Below, piece by piece: positions 11,237 through 23,045 of a stretch of 64,000 nucleotides of DNA. The translations under genes were made by a program, and so were the position numbers. The stretch lies in contig LSRY02000044.1 in assembly GCA_001643675.2 (NCBI GenBank), positions 744,001 through 808,000 on the forward strand, written 5' to 3'. Numbering within the stretch: the first letter of the stretch is position 1; every line of letters begins with the position of its first letter. Source of the stretch: Monocercomonoides exilis PA203. Its lineage: Eukaryota; Protista; Preaxostyla. Under the pieces are notes generated by a model. It had not been told where the DNA came from. It saw only the letters and a program-made list of their open reading frames with translations, and searched no databases.

Positions 11237-13439
11237 TTACATTCTCTCCAAAGGTCTAATCATCATGAATCTAAGTCCGTTCCCAAGCACTTGCTGGAAC
11301 ATCTTAATCAGCCAGATACGAGCATGTGTCTTCTCCTTCTCACCAGGCACAATAATTCTGTTTGCCTTGTAAAACGAGGAGAAGTCACGCACAAAGCTGA
11401 TCAAAAACTCAGGCAGCAGATGCACTGCAAACACAGGCAGTCCTGGGCGCTCTGGGAATTTCGGGCAGGCAATCGACTCAACAAGCTGCGGGAAGCCGAG
11501 CACATACTTCATCAGCAGCTTCCACTCTGGCTGGCCAGTCACCAAATCCCAGTTGACCTCTGACAATTCGCACAGCGGGAACACTCCTGTCTTCTCGCTG
11601 TCCTTTGCGAGTGTGTTGAACTTGTCCAGAACTGAGCAGAATCGTGCGTAGTTGTAAAGCAGAAACGGGGCAGACGCTTCGTTTGGATTTGTAGCCTTTT
11701 TGATATCGAATGTCAGCTCTGTGTGCAACGATGCAGACAGAAGAGTGTATTTCATTGCAGATGTTGCCACTTCGTGTGTAATACGCTCTTTCTCTGCGAT
11801 TTCTTTTACGGATGCAATTGAGGGCTTGTAAAGGGCAGATGATGGTGAAGAAGAAGATGATGCTGAGCTTTCTTCTTCTTTCTTTCCCTCTCCTTTCTCT
11901 TCCTCACCTTGCTCTCTTTCTTCCATCAATTTGGCTGTTGCCTCCTTCAATTCCTGATAGACCTCATCAGCAGTCACATAGATGCCCCGTCGCCCGCTCA
12001 TCCTGCAATTCACCAGCCTCACCAAGTCGTAGCTCAAATGCCATTGCTTTTCAGCTGCGTGAGGGGCCAATAGCCTCAGGCCAAGCTGTACCTTCTCCTG
12101 TGCCAGATTCTGCTCAGAGCAGATCACATTCAGCACAAGATCAGCATTGTCGCACTTCTTGATGGAGAACACTGTGTCTCTGAAAGAGTAAAGGGAGCTT
12201 CCATCAGGACGAATGAGATAGAACCTTGGATAGTTTGGCTGATACATTTTCTTTCCTTGTGGAATTCCAGCATCCTTCAGGTATTTGTCCAAATCCAAAT
12301 ACCCTCCTTCTGGAACACCTTTCTCGTTGCATTGTGTCTGAGGAACGAAATATGGTGTCTTTTTCAACACTTCGAGAACTCTATCGTTTGACTGCTCCCA
12401 GCCAAGTTCAGATTCAAAGCAGAACTTGTTGTGCTTCACGCCATACACATCAAGTGTCTCCTGCTGACCAGAAAGGGTCAGAGTAACCATCTGACGGAAG
12501 AGTCGCACTGCTTCTGGATCGCAATGCTCATATCTCAAGTTCCATTGAGCAGCATCTTTCCTAATCTCAACATCATTCAATGCATCAACAAGCCCTTCAA
12601 CAAGTTGTGGGTATCTGCCATGAAGGTCAGAAAACACATCAATCAAAGTAGTTGCTTCCTTTAGTGCATCACCTGTTAAGTTGTGAAGAAGCTTTTCCTT
12701 TGCCTCTCCTCTGAGAATGATTTCTTTGGCTTCTTTCAGCTTCCACCCATTATCTTGAATTCCTTGTAATGTATTGCATACAGCATATATAATTCCAATC
12801 CAAAGATCAATTTTTAAGGTTGGCTTTACAACTGGATATATTTTTTGGAAGCCAACAACAGTTAATCCGATCTGTCCTCCAAGATCATTAACCAAAAACC
12901 ATTCTTCAACATCATATCCAACACATCTCATAATATTAGCAACAAATGCACCTGTGATTGTGTTTCGAAGATTTCCAATGTGAATAGTACTGTTCGGGTT
13001 TGTGGAAGTGTGTTCAATAATCACCTTCTTTCCTTTCATTTTTTCCGATGTTCCGTATTTTTCAGCTTTTGAGAAAACTGCTCCAGCAGCTCTTTTCAAA
13101 GTTTCTTGGCGATTCAAAATAACATTCAAAAAGCCGGTACCAGCACCTTCAATTTTAGTAATAAGAGGATGAGGCTGTTGCAAAATAGTTAAATAAAAAG
13201 TTGAAAAATTTCAAAGGAAAGAATTGACATACATTCTGAAGAAGGAGAGCTTGAGCATCGTCTCCTATTTTTTTTGTGGCAACTTCGGCTTCAGCTTTTG
13301 ATCCTTGAGGAAGGCGATTATGAATGGAAAAAGCAAGATCAAATTTTTCTAAATCACGGTCAACACGAGGAACTGGCAAATCGGCCATATTTAATTTTTG
13401 AGCGAAATGCGCCAAAACATCTTGAATGATCGCTTCCAT
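11237..13439 (-). CDS. argS: arginyl-tRNA synthetase, 2 exons
   Basis: EHTSTNPNSTIHIGNLRN (HIGH-like), VNDLGGQI, RPDGSSLYSFRD, MSGRRG (KMSKS-equivalent), LYNYARFCSVL, anticodon-binding domain ending LERM; one short intron near 13180-13232. Confidence 0.95.
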
Positions 13440-13621
13440 GTTTGTACAATAATTCTGTTTCAGCTGTGATAAAAAATTATCGATCAAAAACCCAAACTAT
13501 GCATTAATGTCAAATAGTTCGAAAACTATTGTTTTCAATGTTGATATGTTAAACTTGAACATGAACAAATTATTGAATTAAAAATATTGTATTAGGTCAT
13601 TGATCATTTGTATTATCAAAT

Positions 13622-14572
13622 ATGGATGAGATAACCACTTATGAAGAAATTGAAAAATTTGAACAGAATATTGATAGACTGGGGATTGCACAAAAATCTC
13701 AAATAGTATTCAATATTTGATTATCAATTCAGCTTATTATATTTTTCATATTGAAAACTTTCGTTGAAATAAGCAGGCTGCTTCAGAGAAACAACGTTTT
13801 TCTGGTACGCCAACAGAAACAATGATGAATTTATCAAAAATTGCATGTAACATTTCCATTTTTATATTTTAAAGTTTTAATTACCACAAAATTTTCAGGT
13901 TGAAGATCAATCAAAGAAATCAAAAGGAGAAAGTCGTTCATTTCTGAAAACATTAAAGGTAATAATTTTATATTTTTCCTTGAAAGTTAACGTTAATAAT
14001 AAAGGCAAAAGAAGTAGATACATCGCAAGCGAGAATTGAAAGAGAAAAACGAATTGCGAAACAAGCTTCTGATGAAAAACATTCAGAGGAATCAACAAGG
14101 ACAGCTGCAATAGGTGAAGCATTTCTAAATGAAATTATGATGTTTATATTAAAGCGTAATCAACTTAATGAAAGGTATTTTGAATAATATTATTTTATTT
14201 TTTTTCATTTTTGCAAATGTGTTTTTGAATTTTTAAAAAAGGCAAAAAGCTTTGATTGCAGAAAAGGAAAAAAAGAAAGAACAGCGATATCAAGAACAAC
14301 AACGAGAAAAAGAAAGATTAGACTCGGAATATGAAAGAGTTTGCTTATTCATATTGCTTTTCTGATTTTTATTTGGCAATCATTTTAACTTTTTTCTTTA
14401 TTTTCAGTATATGAAAGATTTTTTGTATCCTTCAATAAAGATTCAAAAACAAACTGAGAAAGAACAACCTCAAAATGATGAAGGATTAAATGAAGAATCA
14501 ACAGAGAAAAATGAAATGGATGGAGAATTAAAGAATGATCCAAATGGATCGGAAGTTGAAAAAGAGAGATAA
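13622..14572 (+). CDS. small multi-intron charged/coiled-coil hypothetical protein
   Basis: ATG 13622 (MDEITTYEEIEKFEQNIDRLGIAQ); purine-rich exons alternating with T-rich GT-AG introns; TAA at 14570-14572; divergent from ArgRS. Confidence 0.6.
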
Positions 14573-15761
14573 GTTTGATGATTCTGCTGAAAAACTTCGT
14601 TTGTGATATTTTTTTGTGAAATCAGAAAGTTGTTTTAGTTTTCTTCAATTGAAATTGTTTCAAAGACAATTAGTTTTAAGTTTTTACAAAACAAATTCAA
14701 ATTATTGATTATTTTTTTTTTACTTTTAAAAATTTTCAAATAAGATTAATAGTCCATGCTTCAGCTCCTTGAATTTAAAAATAAAAAATACTTCTGCATT
14801 TGTTGCATAATGATAACGTGCAAAATTAAAAACATGAAGAATTTACAATAACAATAAAAGAAAGATTAGAAAAATGAATATTTTCAATAAAATAGCACAG
14901 AGTATTTTTTTTTTGTAACTAAATGAACTAATTCGAAACTCATACGAAACATAACTTAACTTGAAAAGTAAATACAAAAGAATTTTTCAAAAATTAAAAG
15001 AAAAAACCTAAAAATGCAGAAGTTGCTTCACCAAAATGCAAAATGCTTTGCTGTGTGAGATGGAAAGTGATGTGATATGAATATTCTTATTGGAAAGTGT
15101 ATGTCTTTCAAATTTAAGAGAAATGAATAAAAGGTGAATGATCAAAAGTGGATAAACAAAATAATGAAAGTGATTTCAAAAAACAGAAATAAAAACTTCA
15201 AAGTTGATCTTCAACTTTTGATTTATTTTGAAAATTCAATAGAAAAATGATACACAAAAGGTGAAACCCATTTAATCATGCACAAATCGTCAAATTATGA
15301 CACTCTCATTTCATACGCAAAATCAAAGAAAAAAAAAGAGAGATACGCAAAGAAGGAATGAATATTAAAACAGAAAGACGAATGTTAATAACAATTTCTT
15401 TTCTAAACGCAAAATTTTGGTTCTTAACAAATAAACATATTTATATAAATAATCAAAATAATAAGAAAAACCATCAAAATTAGATAAGCATTTAAAATGA
15501 ATACAAATACCTCAGCAATAAAATTCAGACATACAAACAACCAAAAACATACATTGATAAACACACGCAATTCATTCAATTGATTTGTTGGAAGATAATC
15601 AAATACACAAACATTCGCACATTCTTTCTTTGTTTGTTCAAAAAAGATGAATATTTTCTTTCTTCTTTCTTCTTTCTTCTTCTTCTTTTCTTCTTCTTTT
15701 CTTTTTCTTTTTTTCTTTTTTATTTTATTTAATTTTTTATTTTATTTTTTCTTTTCTTTTT

Positions 15762-17535
15762 TTATTCTTTCTTCCTTTCGATTATTCCCAGTGCCTCGCC
15801 TGCATTTCGTATCTCAGAAAAAGAAGGTTCTGTGATTAAGCTCAAAAGCTCAGCTTCATCATCAGATGAGAAAAGAGAAGAAGAAGAAGAAGAAGAAGAA
15901 GAGAAAGAGAGAGAAGGAGAAAGAGAAGGAGAAAATAAAGGAGAAGAAGAGGAAGAAGAAGAATGTGCAGAAAATGTTGAAGATGTGCTATTTTCAAAAA
16001 TTTGTATTTTTCTTTCGTTTTTGTTGGACAAATTTGCAAAACAAGCATTTGAAAAAAGAGAAGAAGAATTTTCAATGGAAGAAGGTTTGTTTGAGAGAAA
16101 GAGAGAAGAAGAAGAAGAAGATGATGATGATGATGATGATGATGAAAGAGAAGGAGGAGAAAGAGAAAGAAGAGGAGTGATGGGTGTTTGAGGAGAAGGA
16201 AGAGATGTTTGTGATTGAATGAGAGGAGAAGAATGAATAGAAGAGGAAGAAGAAGGAGAAGAGGAAGGAGAAAGAGAAGGAGAGGGAGAAAGAAATGATG
16301 AAGGTGAAGGAGAAGGAGAAAGTGAAGAAGAAGAAGAAGAAGAAGAAGAAGAAGAAATATCTTTTTGCGTTGTATTTTGCTTTTTCAGAGAAATAACAAG
16401 TTTTTTGTCTCTCATGAAAAGAGAAGCAGAAGAAAGAGAAGGAGAAGGAGAAGGCAAAGAAGAAGAAGATGGAGAAGGAGAAGGAGAAAGAGAAGAAGAA
16501 GATGGAGAAGGAGGTGATGAAAAAGAAAGAGAAGAAGGTGAATTTTGATTGCTTTTTTGTGTTTTGTTTGAATTTGAAGTGTTTTTTCTGGCAAAAAGAG
16601 AAGTTGTTGAGACAACAGGCTCAGGCGAATAATAAACAGGAGGAACATTCAGAGAAGAAGAAGAGCGAGAAGAAGAAGGAGAAGAAGGAGAAGGAGAAGG
16701 AGAAGGAGAAGAGCGAGAAGATGATGATGAAGTTGCAGAAGAAGATGTAGAAGAGGAAGAGGAAGAGGAAGATGTAATATAAGAAGAAGAAGAAGAAGAG
16801 GGAGAGGGAGAAAGAGAAGGCAAAGAAATTGCCTTTTGTGATGGAGAAGAAGAGAAAGAAGAAGATGATGATGATGAAGGAGAAAGAGAAGGGGTAGGAA
16901 AAGGAGAGAGAAAAGGAGAAAAGGAAAGAGAAGAAGGAGAATTAGCTTTGCTTTGTGCAGTTGGTGTTGGAGAGAGGAAGAAAGGAGAAGAAGAAGAAGA
17001 AGGAGGAGGAGGAGGAGGAGGAGGAGAATTCGAAGGAAAAGGATCAACGAACATGTCTTTCTTTATTTCTTCTTCGTTTTTGCCTTTATTATTATTATTA
17101 TTATTATTCTTTGTTTCTTTTTCTTTTTCTTTATTCATTTTTTCTTTCTTGTCTTTTTTGTCTTTTCTTTCTTTCTTTTCTTTTCTTTCTTCTTTTTCGT
17201 TTCTTTTCAGCTTTCCAAAAAGACTTTTCTTTTCTTTCGAATTCGATTTTTTGCTGTTTTTTTTCGAAATTTTCGTTTTTATTTGCTTTTTCAGCGTTTT
17301 TTGCTCCATTTTGTGTTTCAAACGAGACAAAGAGAAGCCAAACCGAATGGTTGGCTGAGGAAGAGGAAGAGAAGAAAGAGAAGAAGAAGAAGAAGAAGAT
17401 GATGATGATGATGATGATGAAGGAGAAAGAGAAAGAGAAGAGGAAGAAGAACGAGTTATTGAAGAGGATTTACATAAATGAGAAGAAGAAGAAGATGATG
17501 ATGATGATGAAGAGGAGGAGGAGGAGGAAGAAGAA

Positions 17536-17570
<35 letters not shown>

Positions 17571-20500
17571 GGAAGAAGAAGAAGGAATGAAATGCGAAAT
17601 GTTTTGTGTGTTTGAAGATGAAGTGAATGGAGAAGGAGAATGTGTTGCTGAAGATGAAGAAAATGATAAAGAAGAAGAAGAAGAGGAAGAAGAAGAAGAA
17701 TTTGAAATGGAAGAAGAAAGAGAAAGAGAAGAAGAAGAAGAAGGTTGTTGAAGCATGTTTGTTGATGTTGTTGGGAGAGGAATGAAAATTTGATTGAAAT
17801 TTTGATTTCTTCCTTCTTTTTGAGAAGAGCGAAAAGAAGAGGAAAAAGAGGAAGAGATGAAATTCGAAGGGAAAGAAGAAGAAATCGAATTGTTTGACTC
17901 GAATGGAGCGGAAGAATGAGAAGAAGAAGAAGAAGAAGAAGAAAAGGAAGAGAAATCTTTGTTGGGAAGATAAGAAACGTATTTTGGATAGAAAGAGAAA
18001 GAAATTGGAGCTTCTTCTTGTTTCAAAAATTCTCTTTTTGGATTGAACGAGAAGGAGGAAGCAAACAATGAAGGAAGATTGGAAGAAGAAGAAGAAGAAA
18101 AGGAAGAAGAAGAAGAATGAGAAGAAGAAGAAGATGTTAAAGAAGAAGAATTATGCAAAGCGCCATACACAAAAGATTCCGGGGAGTTGTTGATGAGGTT
18201 GAATCGCATGTTCTTCTTCAAATTCTTTCTGTTTTTGCTTATCAAATTTTTGTTTATTTTTCTGATTTCTTCGTGTGCAAATGGTGGGACAAGCAAAGAA
18301 GAAGCATCCATTCGAAATTGTGTGTTTTTCAAGTCAGAAACATAAAGAGGGGAAAAAGGAGAGGAGAAAGAGGCTTTGAAAGAGGAAGGGTCAGAGAGAA
18401 CAAAAGATAAGGGGGAGACAGACGAAGAGAAGGAGAAAGAAGATGAAGAAGAAGAGGATGATGATGAAAAAGAAGAGGAAGAAGAGGAAGAAGAAGACGA
18501 TGATGATAAATAAGAAGAAGAAGAAGATTTCCCTTTTGCCTCAAAATCTTCTTGTTCGCTGTCTTCTTTCCTCTTCCGATGTTTCATTCCTCTTTTTGTG
18601 TGTGTTCTGACGATGTCATCGCTGTCATAGTCTGAACGAGGCACAAAAACAGAAAAAAGCTCAAATGGAATGATGGCAGTGGAGGATAAATACGGTTTTT
18701 CTATTGATTCTTTCTCATCTTCATCATCATCATCTTCTTCTTCTTCTTCTTCTTCGTCCTCTTCATCGTCTTCATCTTCACCTCCTTCTTCTTTCTCTTT
18801 CTCCTCCTCCTCTTCCTCTTCCTCTTCTTCTTCCTCCTCCTCCTCTTCTTCTTCCTCTTCATTTTCTAATTCCTCTTTCAGTTTCCTTGTCAGATTAGAC
18901 AGTTTGTGGTGAAAAGAATAGAAAAATGGATCCAAAAGCTTCTCTTTGTTTTCCATCAGAAATTGATAGTATGGATGGTATGGAACATCTGCCTTGACCT
19001 TCTGAATGGAAGAGGAGGAAGAAGAAGAAGAAACTGAAGAAGAAGGAGAAGAAGATGATGGAGTAGAAGAAGATGAGGAGGAGGAAGTGGAAGTGGAAGT
19101 GGAAGAGGAAGAGGAAGAAGATGATGATGAATTTGTTGAAAGAGAAGAAGATTTTTGATTTTTGCTTGTTTTTTTATCAGATCCAATTCTATTCTTCTTT
19201 TTGTCTGAAATATCTTCTTCTGTTTTGCCTTCTTTTCTTTTTCCTTTCGCTTTTTCTTTTTCTTTTTCTTTTTCTTTTTCTTTTTCTTCTGCTTCGTTTT
19301 CTGCCATTTCTTCTTTCGTTTTCTTTTTGTGTGACGATTTTTTTGTGTTGCTTTTTGAAGAAGATGATGTTTTTGATTTGCTTTCTTCCTTTTTCATAAC
19401 ATCATCTTTTTCTTCTTTTTCTTCTTCTTTCTCTTCTTTCTCTTCCTTTTCATCCATTTTCTCTTCTTCTTTCACAGAAATAGCTTCAGTTTCTGTCTTT
19501 TTCTTTCCTTCTTCTTCTTCTTCTTCTTCTCTCTTATCAACATTAATCTGCTTAGAAGTTTTCTTCTTTTCTTTTTTGTGGCATTTCTTTTTATTCACTT
19601 TTGAAGAAGAAGAGTTTAATACTTCTGCATCTGAAGACGATGAAGATGATGAAGATGAAGAAGAAGAGGGAAGAAGAGGAGAGGAGGAAGGCAGAGGAGA
19701 AGAAGAAGAAATTTTCTGATCAGAAGTATCAAACCCTTTTCCTTTTGAATCATGTCTCAATTTCAGTTTTATTCGAATCACTTTTTTCTCTTTTTCCTTT
19801 TCTTTCTCTTCTTCTCCTTCTCCTTTCTCTCTTTCCTTCTTCTCTTTGATTTCTTCTTCCTCATCTTCTCTATGCTTTTCAATTTCCATTTCCTTCTCCT
19901 TCATCTCCTTCTCCTTCATCTCCCTCTCTGCCTCCCTTCTTTCCCTCCTCTCTCTTCTCTCCCTCCTCCTCTCCTCCCTCTCTGCCTTCTCCCTCTCCTC
20001 CCTCCTCTTCCTCTTCCTCTTCTCCCTCTCCCTCTCTTTCCTCAGCAGCTCATAGAACGACGCCCTCTTCTTCCTCAAAGAGAACGCCTTGATGACTGTC
20101 TGCCTCAGCGTCTCTTTTTCCTCTTCGCTTCGTTCGCCCCCTTTTCTCACTGAAAAATAGCGCGTGCTTCTTCTCTTTTTGGAAGATGATGATAAATCAG
20201 ATGGATTTGGTGGTGAAACATAACTGTCTGTTTGGGCCAAGTATTCTTCTGGCTCTTTCTCGTCTTCAACTCCTCCTTCGCTTTCTTCGGAGTTTTCTCT
20301 TTCTTCTTCTCCTTCTCCTCCTCCTCTTCCTTCCTCTTCTTTATCTTCTTCTTTTTGTTCTGTTCTTATTCTAATTCTTATTCTGATGCTCTTTTTCTTT
20401 TCTTCTTTCTCTTTCTCTAGCCGTTCTCTCTTAACTTCTTCGTCTTCATCTTCCTTTCCCATCCTTTCTCTTTCGTCCTTCTGCTCCTGTTCAATTCTCC

Positions 20501-21872
20501 TCCTCTTTCTTCTCAGTCTTCTGAGTCTTCTGTACTCTTCATCTTCCTCTTCTTCTTTCCCTGCCTCGTTTGTTATGCTGCTCAATTCACTGCTCAAATC
20601 CACCCTCCTTCTATCATTTTCATCCTCTTCATCATCATCTTCTTCTTCTTCCTCTTCCTCTTCCTCCTCTTCCTCTTCCTCCTCCTCTTCATCATCATCA
20701 TCAGCACTCCCCTCGCTCTCTCCGCCCAGCCCTGTCGTGCGCCTGGCCAGTCTCCGCAGGTACTTCTTGAGCATCTGCCTTTCCTGCCGCAGACACTGCC
20801 GCCGCTTCTGCCGCTCGTCTTTCCGCTTCATCGCAGAGTCAATCACAATTTCTCCGCTCCTCCACCGCTGCTCCCACTCTTCGCGGAATTCGCTTCCTTT
20901 CCCTTTGCAGAAAGGGCACACGTACGACTTCAGCTGCTGGATGACCTCCTTTTTCACATTGAGGCACGCCAGATGGAACCATTCCTTGCATCTGTCACAT
21001 TGCACCATCGATACATCATCATAAGGCTTTTCATATTATCGTCATAATTAAAAAAATTTTTAAGCATCAAAATTAGCAGGCATTTAATTTCAATAGAAAA
21101 TGATTAAAAATTAAAAAATTAATATTATAATATTAAAGAAAAGGCAAGACAAAGATTAATGACACACCAGATTGCAAACACAAAAAACTTGTCTTCCTTC
21201 CAAATCATATTTTTTCAATATTTTAGGAGCAGATGGTGTTTTACTGTCTTTATTTCCAAGATCCGGTTGACTAGTATTTGCTTTTGTTACCAACTTTTTA
21301 TCTGTGTGTTGGCATCTCATTCCGCTTTGAGATCTCTTTCTTTCTTTCTTCATTTTCTGTTCAGCATTAACATTAAACCGTAAGAAGTCCTCTTCTCTGC
21401 GTTGATTTATAAGAAATGCTAAACGAGAAGAAATGGAAATGTGAGATGCAGAAACTGATTGTGACGCATTTGGAAAAGAAAATAATTGACAATTTGACTG
21501 CATCTTACCATAAAAACTGGGAAATTGAAACTCATTTCTCATTGCATCTGTAGAAGTTGGATATGATAATTGGCCTGTAGCTGAACTTGTCGAATTTATT
21601 GAGATTAAAATTCTTTTATCAACACTTCTATTGCAGAGTAACATTTCAGGATTGAAAGGCTTCCATGGAATAATATGTTTTGCAATTCCGTTCTCTTCTT
21701 CCTGCAAATATATGTTTGAAAATTATTGAAAATAAAATAAGAATTATGCAATTTCAAAACATAAGCATCGAAAAGGAAAATATTAACGAACATTTTTTTT
21801 AATTTGTTGATCTTGACAATGAAAAACTTTCAATTTTTCCAAAATTAATTTCTTCTTGGTAAGCTGAAACAT
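15762..21872 (-). CDS. PHD-finger protein with very long Ser/Glu/Lys low-complexity C-terminus, 3 exons
   Basis: Splicing joins VFCVCNL|PYDDVSMVQCDRCKEWFHLACL...YVCPFC (C4HC3 PHD); exon 1 from ATG 21872 splices in frame; final exon ~1750 aa. Confidence 0.85.
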
Positions 21873-22350
21873 TCAATGCTTACCAAGATTAAGCACCTTC
21901 TGACAAAAACAATAAACAAATAAATGTCAGCTGGTCACAAAAATTAAGGTTACTAACAAAAAAAATATGAAACTTAATCAATAATTTTTTTATCAAAATG
22001 TTTTTATAAATATTATAACTAATTTTATAAACGTTTTAGACATATTGGAAAGTTCTTGAATCACTCCATTTTCGTTCATTTTAAAAAAGATTCATAAATC
22101 ATGAAGAAAAAAATAAGTTATTAGAATATTGAATTTGTTAAACATATCTGAATTAACATAGACGAAATTAATCAAAATAAAAACCTCAAAAAAAAAGAAA
22201 AATTGGAAAGTTGAACATTTTTTGATAGTTATAACTTTCTTTTCTACTAATTATCTTCAATCACTTTTTTTTTCTGTATAATTTTTATAAAAATGAAATG
22301 ATAATTAAATAATAATAATAATAATAATAATAATTAAAATTATAATAATT

Positions 22351-22353
<3 letters not shown>

Positions 22354-22390
<37 letters not shown>
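22354..22390. repeat. (GA)n microsatellite, preceded by (TAA)n
   Basis: Directly visible. Confidence 0.95.
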
Positions 22391-22415
<25 letters not shown>

Positions 22416-23045
22416 AAGAATGATCTTTTATTATTTCCATATTTCAATAACGCGATGATATTCACGTGTCAAATTATATAAATAAAAACAGCTATTTCCA
22501 TGAGTTTGAATTTCTTTTTTTATAACCCGTTTCTTCGAAATATCGAAGAAGAGTTTCAAATTTTTTCAACACAAGTTCCTGTTTTGAAAATATTTATTGA
22601 ATGTTTTTGTGAAGTGTTTCAACAAAATACATAAAAAGCAAATGAAAACATATACAAGCCTAGCCAACATAAAGCCATTTAAAAATATTTATGTATCAAA
22701 ATACAACAACTCGATGAATACATAAAGAGAACATTAAAGAAAACATACAAATATACATACAAACAAACAGGCACATATTTTTCGAAAAGTGAAATTCAAG
22801 CTTTTCACAAAACATCAAAAGAAAATAAAGCATATCAATATACATAAAATTTGAATACATAATAATAATCTAGATGAAAAACATGTGTGAAAAATGAAAG
22901 GAAAATTTTTCTCAATAATCACAAAAAAAAGGATACAGAAAATCAATGGTTTCCAGATGCATTTTAAACCATCTCTCTTCAACATGCACTTTCATACAGA
23001 AACATTTCATTCGCCTTTCTCATTTTATTTGTCGATCCATAGCAA

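Noticed and set aside
9102-13439. Bacterial contamination or operon (cysK, argS)
   Set aside because: Both carry spliceosomal introns and sit among eukaryotic genes.
15647-21024. Many overlapping ORFs in other frames and strands
   Set aside because: Artefacts of stop-poor trinucleotide repeats in the PHD gene.
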